Part shown: piece by piece, positions 51,352 through 59,863 of the stretch
How positions within the stretch are numbered: position 1 is the stretch's first letter
Layout: each line of letters starts with the position of its first letter
Origin: Candidatus Latescibacterota bacterium
GTDB taxonomy: Bacteria > Latescibacterota > UBA2968 > GCA-2709665
NCBI GenBank assembly: GCA_965208835.1
Contig: OZ242358.1
Span: 2,944,001-3,008,000 of the forward strand
Direction: 5' to 3'
Length of the DNA stretch: 64,000 nt
The notes under the pieces: generated by a model
Told to the model about the DNA's origin: nothing
The model's database searches: none
Seen by the model: only the letters and a program-made list of their open reading frames with translations
Position numbers and translations under genes: made by a program

Positions 51352-51572
51352 GTCAACGGAAACTAAACGAGGGGGTGCGGGAACCCCCTGGGCTTTGAAA
51401 TATGGAAGTATAAAATCACTTGTCCGGGTAACCCTACGTGCCAATATAGAGTGAGGCAACTCCCCCTCCGAGTCTAATGTCGAAAATCGGGAAGAGAGGA
51501 GAGCACGAGGTTCGGGCAAGAACCGATATCTGTATAGCAAAGCTCGCTCCCGTCCACTCGTTGGGTGTCGAT

Positions 51573-51672
51573 AGTCAATAATCGGACTTATGTGCCCATT
51601 GCGTGATCGGCTGGACAGGCCACGTGGTGGCCGATGAGGTTTCGGGCTGACAGATGGCGCGCTTCGCGAGAT
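51573..51672 (+). mobile_element. Decayed IS21-family end (second type)
   Basis: AATCGG..GCCCATTG and TGATCGGCTGGACAGGCCAC repeats, homologous to 47020-47095. Confidence 0.6.
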
Positions 51673-51718
51673 GGACGGTCGAAGGCGGTGGCCTCGCCAT
51701 CCATTTCATTATTGACTA

Positions 51719-51747
51719 TTGACTTCCCTATAACTTGTGCTTAAAGT
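51719..51747 (+). promoter_or_regulatory. sigma70-type promoter of the small Cys-rich ORF
   Basis: TTGACT-N17-TAAAGT. Confidence 0.55.
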
Positions 51748-51771
51748 TGGATTAGACAAAGGGGGTCTCCG

Positions 51772-52008
51772 ATGAATCATCAATTCAAGTGGTGGTGCTG
51801 TCGGTATCTGTTGCGGGTCATTTTCGTCCGGGACAATAAAGCCTCAGGGAACAAACCGAATCCAGCGATTATTGTCCACCGGTGCAGGGATCTGAAATAC
51901 AGGCCGGAAAGACTCAATATGACCTGCGAAAAGGAAGATTGCGAGAACTGCCGTCAGAAGCACGGACGGCCGCGGACCGTCTTGCATTATTTGACCGAGG
52001 GTATGTAG
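51772..52008 (+). CDS. 78-aa Cys-rich small protein
   Basis: Own promoter, SD AAAGGGGG and terminator; CC, C, CxxxxCxxC plus His. Confidence 0.55.
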   Translation: MNHQFKWWCCRYLLRVIFVRDNKASGNKPNPAIIVHRCRDLKYRPERLNMTCEKEDCENCRQKHGRPRTVLHYLTEGM

Positions 52009-52025
52009 CCTCGATTGACGGTCTG

Positions 52026-52070
52026 AAGACAAGAGCCGAGGGCGATTGAATCGCCCTCGGCTCTTGTCTT
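52026..52070. terminator. Perfect palindrome with 22-bp arms, likely a bidirectional terminator
   Basis: AAGACAAGAGCCGAGGGCGATT-G-AATCGCCCTCGGCTCTTGTCTT between convergent genes. Confidence 0.75.
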
Positions 52071-52237
52071 TGGTGTCGGCAGAACAGCGTCAATGCCCGG
52101 GAAGCCCGAATTTGGGGTCCTTACGCAGGAGGGAGAATCGCTATAAGCCGCAATTTCGGAGCCTGAGGACGATATGCATCTTTTTCCAGGCTCGGACGAA
52201 AAGCAGTCTCATTTCTGTTGGCACGACGGTGATACGT

Positions 52238-53734
52238 CTATTGTGCCCTGACGGCCGAAACCATAGTCGAAATTTCTTCGAGATTCACCGCGATATCGAA
52301 CGAGCCTAGGGCTTCCTTGTGTTTCCTGGTTAGATCGTCGATTACCTTCGCGATCTTTTTCTGATCTGCATCCTCGATCTCACCGGTGTTTTCCTCAAAC
52401 ACACGAACCAGAGAAGCGTGATATTGTATGAATGCGCCTCGGTATGTCCTTACCGAAGACTGCAATTGCTGGGCGATGCCAACGATCTGATTCTGCGCGA
52501 GGAAAGGCGTCTGAAGCGTTGCATCGAGAGCCAGGGTTCCATAGTCCGGCTTGCCTTGATCCCCCAAGGTGATTTCAGCAATTCTGGCATCCAGGGAGTC
52601 GGCGGAATATGGACCACGTGAGCCGAGCAGATTGTTGGTCGTCTCCGGACTCGCTGCGATAGCGTCCAGATTATCGGGTAGCTCGCTTATTATTTCCAAT
52701 TGGTTCATTCTCTCAAAAATCCAGTTGTTCATTGACACCCGGACCGAGCGCGACTGAGCCTGGATTACCGTCAAGTCGGTCCCCAGCCGTTCGTTGGCAA
52801 CATCGAGACGTGCATAGAACGCCACGTAAGGCTCGAGGGTATCGTTAAAAATCACCAAATCCCCGGGTGACACGTTTTTTTCGCGAGCCGCTAGACTGGT
52901 AAGGAACGACGTAACACTTGAAAGGCCGGCTGAGATGGAGGAGATCCCCGTTGCAGATGCCAGTGGTGACTTCAATGTTTGAGTGACGAATCCTGCCAAT
53001 CGACTGAACTTCACGCCACCGAGCTTCCTTACCCTCTTCTTGTTCAGTTCTGTCTCGAGAGAATGCAACGCTCGCCTGGCCCCCGTCAAGATGGAGAAAC
53101 CGAGCGAGGAGTCGCTTACGGGGTTTGTAAACTGGCGAACCGCGGACGCATATGCTTCCTGCTTAATCGCATTTTCGAGGGTATTGAGTGTTTCTCGCAT
53201 CGCATCCAGGAGCTTTTGATGAGCGCGCAGGAGTCGCACATCGTAATCATACTTTGCCTTTCCTTCAGCAAGTTGCTTATTGGTAATGGTCGTGATCTTT
53301 CGGTCGAGATCGTCAGATTTGCCCCCGATTTTCTTGATCTCTCCTTCAAGTCGTCTGGATTTGCCCCGGATCTTCTCAACGTTTTCCAATATTGTCTTTA
53401 TCTCGTTGTGCAGAGCGTCGAGGCGGCGCTGATCCTTTGCCAGGCCTGTCTTGACTTCTTCGTACCGACCCAGCAATAAAATTACCCTGCCGTTCAGATT
53501 TCTGAAATCGGAGGTGGTCGCAAGTTCTCCGACGTCATTGCGAAGTGACTCCAGTGCGCCCTTAATCCGCTCGATGTCAATCACGACACTATCTATCCGG
53601 ACACCGCCTTGGGAAAGGGCCGAGTCATTGGAAGTCGCTTCAGGCTCGTGTTCTTCGGCGATGACCGGTCGTGCCGGATCGGCAGCAGCAAATGCTGCCA
53701 GCGCGATAACAAACCTGATCACGTTGCCTCTCAT
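52238..53734 (-). CDS. Secreted long coiled-coil / helical hypothetical protein
   Basis: SD GAGGG; signal peptide; heptad repeats; central Ser/Ala/Gly-rich apolar stretch. Confidence 0.8.
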   Translation of the reverse strand: MRGNVIRFVIALAAFAAADPARPVIAEEHEPEATSNDSALSQGGVRIDSVVIDIERIKGALESLRNDVGELATTSDFRNLNGRVILLLGRYEEVKTGLAKDQRRLDALHNEIKTILENVEKIRGKSRRLEGEIKKIGGKSDDLDRKITTITNKQLAEGKAKYDYDVRLLRAHQKLLDAMRETLNTLENAIKQEAYASAVRQFTNPVSDSSLGFSILTGARRALHSLETELNKKRVRKLGGVKFSRLAGFVTQTLKSPLASATGISSISAGLSSVTSFLTSLAAREKNVSPGDLVIFNDTLEPYVAFYARLDVANERLGTDLTVIQAQSRSVRVSMNNWIFERMNQLEIISELPDNLDAIAASPETTNNLLGSRGPYSADSLDARIAEITLGDQGKPDYGTLALDATLQTPFLAQNQIVGIAQQLQSSVRTYRGAFIQYHASLVRVFEENTGEIEDADQKKIAKVIDDLTRKHKEALGSFDIAVNLEEISTMVSAVRAQ

Positions 53735-54012
53735 GTGAATCCCTCGGTCTATAAAGTTAACTTACGTACGGACGCATTGGATCTGTTCGGCGTTTGACAG
53801 GAACGGTCGAATTCCTGACCCATCCAGCGGTTTAGAGTTGGGCACCACGGTCCGGGTTATGGCGTAATCACGACGGCCGGCAACGCTCCCTTTCAGGCTT
53901 GTTGACGCTTGTGTAGACTGTCCAGTGTTTCAGCGTTGACGCAACGGGCTAACCGAATCTGACGTCCGTCTGCGCCTGAAAACACTCAGCCCTCGGGCAT
54001 CGGCCAACCACG

Positions 54013-55107
54013 CTATAGATTTCCCTGGCCGGTCTTCAGGCGGGCTTGGCGATCCGCCTCCTCAACCAGATCCACGCCGAATTCCGCCCCGATTTCGCAC
54101 ACCGTTTCCCACGTCCGGTCGTCCACCTCGATGCCTTCCCTCGCGCGGCGCTCGGCCGTACTGAACTCCGGTTCGCCCGGGGCGAGGATTTCTTCGAATC
54201 CAGGTGCGAGGCGGCTGGATTTCACGTGGCGCATCAGCCCCTCCACTTCGTCGTAGAACGTCTCCATATCCGTGAAGTGTTCGATATCGTAGGCAATGAT
54301 CAGCACGCCGTTGCTGATCATCTCACGGTCCCCCGCCGCGCAGCCCTGGCCGCTCAGCGCCCCGCCCAGCAGCTCGACCATGATGCTCAATCCGTATCCC
54401 TTGTGACCCGCGCCGCCTCCCAGCGGCAATATGGCGCCCGGCGGGTCATCCTTGAAGTCGTTCGGTTCCGTGGTGGGCTCACCGTACCCGTCGATCAGCC
54501 ATCCTTCGGGCACCTGTACGCCCTGGTTGATCGCCAGCCGGATCTTGCCCTCGGCCACGATCGACGTCGTCATATCGACGAGGATCGGATCCGCGTTACG
54601 CCGCGGCGCCGCGAACGCGATCGGATTCGTACTCAGCCGGCCGTCGATGCCGCCGAACGGCACGATCTGATATCCCAGCCTGCCCGCGTTCACGAAGATC
54701 TGCCCGATCATCCCCCCCCTCGCGACCATCAGCGGATACGCGCCCACCCGCCCGATGTGGCTCGTGTTGCGCAATGCCACGGTCGCCACGCCGCTCCGGC
54801 GAGCTTTTTCCATCGCCAACCGGGTCGCGAACGTCGCCCCCACCTGCCCCATCGCGCCGCGGCCGTCGACCACGGCGGTACATGCGCGCTCGCTTATCAC
54901 CTCGGGTGACGCATCCGGATTGAACCGGCCGTCCTGCACCGCCTTCGCGTACTCGTAGAAACGGATGGCACCGTGGGAATCGTGCCCGAACAGGTTGGAG
55001 TCCACCAGGTGGTCCACAACCGTACGCGCGTCCTCTTCGCGGCACCCTGCCGCACGAAACAACGTATACCCCACCCTGCGCAATACATCGGGCTTGAACT
55101 TTGGCAC
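54013..55107 (-). CDS. Ldh_2 (malate/L-lactate/hydroxycarboxylate dehydrogenase) family oxidoreductase
   Basis: GHDSHG, SHIGRVGAY, TNPIAFAAP, GKIR, GHKGYGL, PGEPE; SD GAAGGAG before GTG at 55107. Confidence 0.92.
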   Translation of the reverse strand: MPKFKPDVLRRVGYTLFRAAGCREEDARTVVDHLVDSNLFGHDSHGAIRFYEYAKAVQDGRFNPDASPEVISERACTAVVDGRGAMGQVGATFATRLAMEKARRSGVATVALRNTSHIGRVGAYPLMVARGGMIGQIFVNAGRLGYQIVPFGGIDGRLSTNPIAFAAPRRNADPILVDMTTSIVAEGKIRLAINQGVQVPEGWLIDGYGEPTTEPNDFKDDPPGAILPLGGGAGHKGYGLSIMVELLGGALSGQGCAAGDREMISNGVLIIAYDIEHFTDMETFYDEVEGLMRHVKSSRLAPGFEEILAPGEPEFSTAERRAREGIEVDDRTWETVCEIGAEFGVDLVEEADRQARLKTGQGNL

Positions 55108-55338
55108 CTTAACTCCTTCCGTTAGAACGTTTAATGTCGCGCCTGTCATCCGCGCCGGGCCCAGATCTTCCACAACAATCGACCCGCCCTTCGTGTTCCA
55201 CCAGATACGGCCGAACGATACGCCTTGTCCCGCCTGGAATCAAGGATAAAACGACAGTATTGGCAGGACTATGAACAATCGTGGTACAAAGCACACAGGG
55301 CTCATCTGACGGCGGCGAGCCAATCGAAGATTCAAATG

Positions 55339-55375
55339 AAAACGCCGTCTCACTTCCATTGTGGGTGAGACGGCG
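55339..55375 (-). terminator. Intrinsic terminator after the small sigma54 activator
   Basis: CGCCGTCTCAC/GTGAGACGGCG stem with a TTTT tail on the minus strand. Confidence 0.7.
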
Positions 55376-55430
55376 GCGGGTAGTTCTGTGACCGGACACA
55401 GGATTCAAGGGCTTTGGTTTCATATACGTG

Positions 55431-55450
55431 AGCAGACAGGAATGTCCGCT
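55431..55450. repeat. REP-like short palindrome
   Basis: AGCAGACA-GGAA-TGTCCGCT. Confidence 0.4.
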
Positions 55451-55558
55451 CCGCCCTGAAGGCGGCGATGGCCCGATTTTGGATCCGCGACCTGTTGACA
55501 GAGGAGGCGGGTTGGAACACTCCTTTCAAGTCTGTATTGGTGGAATCGCTTGAGCGCG

Positions 55559-56605
55559 TCAGTCAGACTGATCCACCGGCGCATTATCTCCCGCGTCCGC
55601 ATGGGCATCGTACAATCGCTTTCTGTATTGCGCGGCGGTCATTCCGTGTTCCGACATCCGGTATTGAAAATACTGGCGCCCGATGCCGCTCTTTTGGGCA
55701 GCCCGGGACACGTTTCCGTCCGTGCTGACGAGCGCGCGGTGCAGGTACTCCTTTGTGAACCGGTCCATGCAAACCCGCCGCGCGTCCTTGTAGGGCAGAC
55801 TGTAGATACCGCGGTCCGGCCTGATCTCTGCATCCTGGACCTCGGACGGAAGGTCATCGGGCGTGATTACGTCCCCCGTCGTTAGCGCAAGTGCGCCCGC
55901 GATGGTATGCGCGAGTTCTCTGATGTTCCCGGGCCAGTCATATCCCTCCAGCAGGGCGCATGTTTCCGGCGAAATCCGGCAGGCTGCTTTGCCAACGTCG
56001 GCGAACCGGTCCAGAAAATGGGCAATGAGCAGCGGAATGTCACTTCTGCGCTCCCGCAGTGCGGGCAGATGCAGTTGAATAACCCGAAGACGGAAATACA
56101 AGTCGTCACGAAATCGCCCGGCTTCAACTCCCTTCTTCAGGTCTCTGTTTGTCGCCGCGACCACCCGGACGCCTGCCCTCTTCCATCGGTGATCGCCGAC
56201 CATACGGTATTCGCCCTCCTGAATCAGCCGCAGCAACTGCCGCTGAAGCGGTTCATCGAGTTCACCCACTTCATCGAAAAAGAGGGTTCCGCCACGCGCA
56301 ACCCCGACAAGCCCCGGGCGAGACTCAGTGGCGCCTGTGAACGCGCCCCTGACATGTCCGAACAGTTCGCTCCGTCCCATTTCCTTTGCAAGGATGCCAC
56401 AATCCACGACCACGAAAGGCGCAGCGGCGCGGGGGCTGCGGTCATGCACCTCCCGGGCGATGAGCTCTTTCCCGGTTCCGGACTCACCCGTGACCAGCAC
56501 CGGCAGTTCACTCTCGCCGGCGCGGCGCGCAAGTCTTCGGACCGCGCCGAAGGCGGGATGAACGCCCACCATCGCAACGTTCCTGCAGCGGGAGCTTTCG
56601 GGCAT
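55559..56605 (-). CDS. sigma54-dependent activator (AAA+ and Fis HTH) lacking a regulatory domain
   Basis: GESGTGKE, SELFGHVRGAFTGA, FFDEV, FRDDLYFRL, WPGNIREL, GNVSRAAQKSG; start uncertain. Confidence 0.92.
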   Translation of the reverse strand: MPESSRCRNVAMVGVHPAFGAVRRLARRAGESELPVLVTGESGTGKELIAREVHDRSPRAAAPFVVVDCGILAKEMGRSELFGHVRGAFTGATESRPGLVGVARGGTLFFDEVGELDEPLQRQLLRLIQEGEYRMVGDHRWKRAGVRVVAATNRDLKKGVEAGRFRDDLYFRLRVIQLHLPALRERRSDIPLLIAHFLDRFADVGKAACRISPETCALLEGYDWPGNIRELAHTIAGALALTTGDVITPDDLPSEVQDAEIRPDRGIYSLPYKDARRVCMDRFTKEYLHRALVSTDGNVSRAAQKSGIGRQYFQYRMSEHGMTAAQYRKRLYDAHADAGDNAPVDQSD

Positions 56606-56705
56606 GTTTCGAAACCGCGACCGCCCGTCCGGGCGCGCGGGGGAATGGATTTCGGATCGAAATATGACTGTGATACGCAGATGTGCGCAACGGGATTTCC
56701 AATCG

Positions 56706-56720
56706 GCAAATTTCGTACCG
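56706..56720 (-). promoter_or_regulatory. sigma54 -24/-12 promoter
   Basis: Minus strand CGGTACGAAATTTGC fits YGGYACG-N4-TTGC. Confidence 0.7.
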
Positions 56721-56760
56721 GTGAACCAAAAAGCGCCGCGATTCATCGCAGGCGCTTTCA

Positions 56761-56926
56761 AAACAACGGTTTGAGCTCTTAGTCTTCAATCGCAATCAAT
56801 CTGTCTACATCCGTTCGGGTGTCAACTTGCGTAGACACGCTCACAACAAGGAAGGACGGGAATCCTGATTTAACGCATAACCTTTTGTAAACCTTGATTA
56901 TATCACCTGTATACTCGAGTGGACAC
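56761..56926. promoter_or_regulatory. IHF-like site and palindromic upstream activator sequences
   Basis: AAACAACGGTTTG (56761); half-site TGTCTAC (56802); GTGTCAAC-N4-GTAGACAC (56819-56838); TGTATAC-N4-GTGGACAC (56908-56926). Confidence 0.6.
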
Positions 56927-56959
56927 TCGTATCAGAATGTGCACGCCCGTCAACCGGCG

Positions 56960-59839
56960 TCAACCAGCGCGCCTGAGACCATGGCGCTCCAGCTTTTTAT
57001 ACAGACCCGAACGCGTCAGGCCCAGTTCCCGGGCGGACAGGGTGATGTTCCAGTCGTTCCTTTCGAGTACCTGGGAAAGATACCGCCTTTCGACCGACTG
57101 CAGAAACGCTCGCAAAGTACCTGAAGAATCATCAATCCTACCCGTTTTGTCGCGTATGCCCTCAGACAGCAAGTCCGCATCCAGAATGCCGCCATTCTCC
57201 GCCAGGGCCACAGCGCGGCGTATCTCGTTATCCAGTTGACGTACATTACCCGGCCAGTCGCAGTTCACCAGTGCCTTCAGCGCACCTGCAGTGAAACCTG
57301 TCATGGTTTTTCCGGCTTCACGCGCGGCACGGCGCAGCAGATGGCCTGCCAGTGGCGGAATATCGTCCTTCCTGTCCCTCAGCGCCGGCATATTTATGTT
57401 CAACACCTGGAGCCGATAGAAGAGATCTCTCCTGAATGCCCCCCTTGTTACCGCCTTCTCCAGATTGGTATTCGACGCCGCTATGATGCGGACGTTTACC
57501 CGGCGCGGTGTACTCTCACCCAGACGTCGGAGTTCACCGTTCTGCAGGACCCGGAGCAGGCTGGCCTGAACCTGCGGCGACGCGTCCGCGATCTCATCCA
57601 GAAAGACAGTACCGCCGGTTGCTGTCTCGAACAGCCCAGCTCGATCCGATGCCGCGCCCGTAAACGATCCTTTCTTGTGGCCGAATAACTCGCTATGGAT
57701 CAACTCTCCGGACAGCGCTCCGCAATTCTGCGACAAAAACAAACGATCCTTGACGGCGCTGTTATCGTGAATCGCGCGGGCCGCCAGTTCTTTTCCCGTT
57801 CCCGTATCGCCCTGTATGAGCACAGGTAAATCTGTAAGGGCAGCCCGCTCGATGAGGCCATAGACCTCCTGCATCGCATGACTGGCGCCGAACAGCCCGC
57901 CCATTCCCTTCCTTCCGGTCGGGTCGCGCTCCCGATACAGCGTCCGTTCCTCCAGTCTGCTTATCATCCGAGCCTGAACCACGCCCACCGACAGAAGGCC
58001 GGACAGCGCGACCAGGAACCTGCGGTCCGCCTTGGAAATGGCCCTGTCCTTACTGCAAAGGTCAAGATACAATGCCCCCTGCGCCCCCGATTCTGAACAC
58101 TGTAGTGGTATACATGCCACGGAGCGGCGGCCGAAGTCGAATACGCGCTGCCGTTTCTCGAAAAGCATCTCCGCCTCGGCTTCTGCGCCATACAACGGTT
58201 TGTTTCTCGCGATCACACAGCGCGTCGCGTCCTGGACAATGGCCTTCGACGCGCAGCTTTCGCCCTCTCGGGACCGTACCGCTACGGTCCGCAGTGCTCC
58301 AGACGCGGCATCCTTCAACACGACGGCGGCAGATTCAGCGCCCACGACCTCCATACAGATGTCTACCGTCCTGTTCACCAGTTGCGTCAGCTCGAGACCC
58401 CGCCCCAGATCCGCTGCGAGATCGGAGAACGCCGTGACTCTGTCCTGGGCCGGCTGATGCGCCGGCGAAGCCGCCGATCCTGGTCGGTCCTCCAACAGGG
58501 ACAACCCCTCAACGAGTTTCGACGCCTGACGGGCATAGTAGGGTGTCTGCAGCGCAGTCGCCGTGCGCGCCGCCGTCTCGAGCCGCATCCGCGCCAAATC
58601 CGGATTGCCATACTCAAGATTGAACCGACCGGCCGCCAGCAGCGAGCGACACCATTCAAAACGTTGGACCGTCCGGTTACCCGCGATGGACCGCTTGAAC
58701 GCTTCTTCGGCCTCGCCAGGTCGATTTGCGGCCGCCAATGCAACCCCGATCCCCCGCCACGCCACGATGGGGGTTTCGCCGGCCGTACGCGTACCGGGCC
58801 GGGCTCTGTCCGCCCACTTCATCGCCTCGTCTGCCTTTCCCAGGGCCGAGCAGACCTCCGCCATCAGACCGAACGCCCAGTACAGCTGATGCGCGTCCCG
58901 TACATGAGACAGATACTCCACAGCATTTCTTCCATAGGCCATCGCAGCTTTCGCATCGCTCTTTTCCAGTGCGATCGAGCCGAGGTAAAACTGGCTCACG
59001 CCTTCTGTCGCGGTTCGCCTCCAGTCGCGGTTTGACTCCAGCTGTGCGCGGAAGATGTCCTCTGCACGTTTGAAATTTCCTGTTTGAAAGGCGGCCGTTC
59101 CGACCAAGTTCATATCGCCGACGAGTCCGGGCCGACCTACATCTTTGTCCGATCGTTCCAGAGCAGATTGGAATCCAGCATGCGCATCTCCAAGACGTTC
59201 GTCCAGATGTGCGATACAAGCCCTGAAATAGCTGGCTTTCGACCTGTTCACTGCTTCATCGGCCCGCTCGTAGTATTCCGATATGAGCCTCAGTTGCGCC
59301 CTCGCTTCCGACCGCCGCTCCATCCGTACATACAGGTCGGCCAGCCACCCCCTCGCTTCTGTTTCTTCTTTCGCCGGTCCGAGCTTGCTGTAGATTGCAA
59401 TCGCATCCAGGAATGCCCGTTCGGCGTCGTCGTACAAACGGGAACGGGCATTGAGCATACCGACCTGGCTCAGAACCAGCGCCTTCTCACCGGGAGTGTC
59501 GGCTGAAACCAGCGACCACGCATCCTGCGCCTTGTTCCTGGCCTCCTTGAGATTGCCCCGCAAAGACAGCGCATTGGAATAGTCGCACAGAAGCCTTACC
59601 GCGGATCTGACGCTGCCGGCAGGAACAGTTTCCGAATCATCTCTCTTAAGACACGGCTTCGAAACGTCCTCAAACACCGTTAACGCGCGGTCTGCGTCTA
59701 GTACACTGAGCGCCCGCCTGCCCGCCTGGATAAGGTACTGATCGGCCATTTCGACATCTCCGGACTTCTCGTGTAATGGTACGCCGGGGTCCCGACAGGC
59801 TGAGGGGTCGAGTCGGAACGATGGACCTCCAGCGTACAA
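56960..59839 (-). CDS. TPR-GAF-sigma54 activator, probably 5'-truncated
   Basis: TPR array, GAF (RSVACIPL...GALYLD), [25 protein letters not shown]; real start unclear (ATG at 59749 possible). Confidence 0.85.
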   Translation of the reverse strand: MYAGGPSFRLDPSACRDPGVPLHEKSGDVEMADQYLIQAGRRALSVLDADRALTVFEDVSKPCLKRDDSETVPAGSVRSAVRLLCDYSNALSLRGNLKEARNKAQDAWSLVSADTPGEKALVLSQVGMLNARSRLYDDAERAFLDAIAIYSKLGPAKEETEARGWLADLYVRMERRSEARAQLRLISEYYERADEAVNRSKASYFRACIAHLDERLGDAHAGFQSALERSDKDVGRPGLVGDMNLVGTAAFQTGNFKRAEDIFRAQLESNRDWRRTATEGVSQFYLGSIALEKSDAKAAMAYGRNAVEYLSHVRDAHQLYWAFGLMAEVCSALGKADEAMKWADRARPGTRTAGETPIVAWRGIGVALAAANRPGEAEEAFKRSIAGNRTVQRFEWCRSLLAAGRFNLEYGNPDLARMRLETAARTATALQTPYYARQASKLVEGLSLLEDRPGSAASPAHQPAQDRVTAFSDLAADLGRGLELTQLVNRTVDICMEVVGAESAAVVLKDAASGALRTVAVRSREGESCASKAIVQDATRCVIARNKPLYGAEAEAEMLFEKRQRVFDFGRRSVACIPLQCSESGAQGALYLDLCSKDRAISKADRRFLVALSGLLSVGVVQARMISRLEERTLYRERDPTGRKGMGGLFGASHAMQEVYGLIERAALTDLPVLIQGDTGTGKELAARAIHDNSAVKDRLFLSQNCGALSGELIHSELFGHKKGSFTGAASDRAGLFETATGGTVFLDEIADASPQVQASLLRVLQNGELRRLGESTPRRVNVRIIAASNTNLEKAVTRGAFRRDLFYRLQVLNINMPALRDRKDDIPPLAGHLLRRAAREAGKTMTGFTAGALKALVNCDWPGNVRQLDNEIRRAVALAENGGILDADLLSEGIRDKTGRIDDSSGTLRAFLQSVERRYLSQVLERNDWNITLSARELGLTRSGLYKKLERHGLRRAG

Positions 59840-59863
59840 ACTGAAATATTGCTAATCCGGAAA

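Noticed and set aside
53890-53990. GTTGACGC/GTAGACTG half-sites and an imperfect hairpin as a sigma54 UAS for the 53734 gene
   Set aside because: The sites are not palindromic like those at 56819, and no GG-N10-GC promoter was found upstream of the gene
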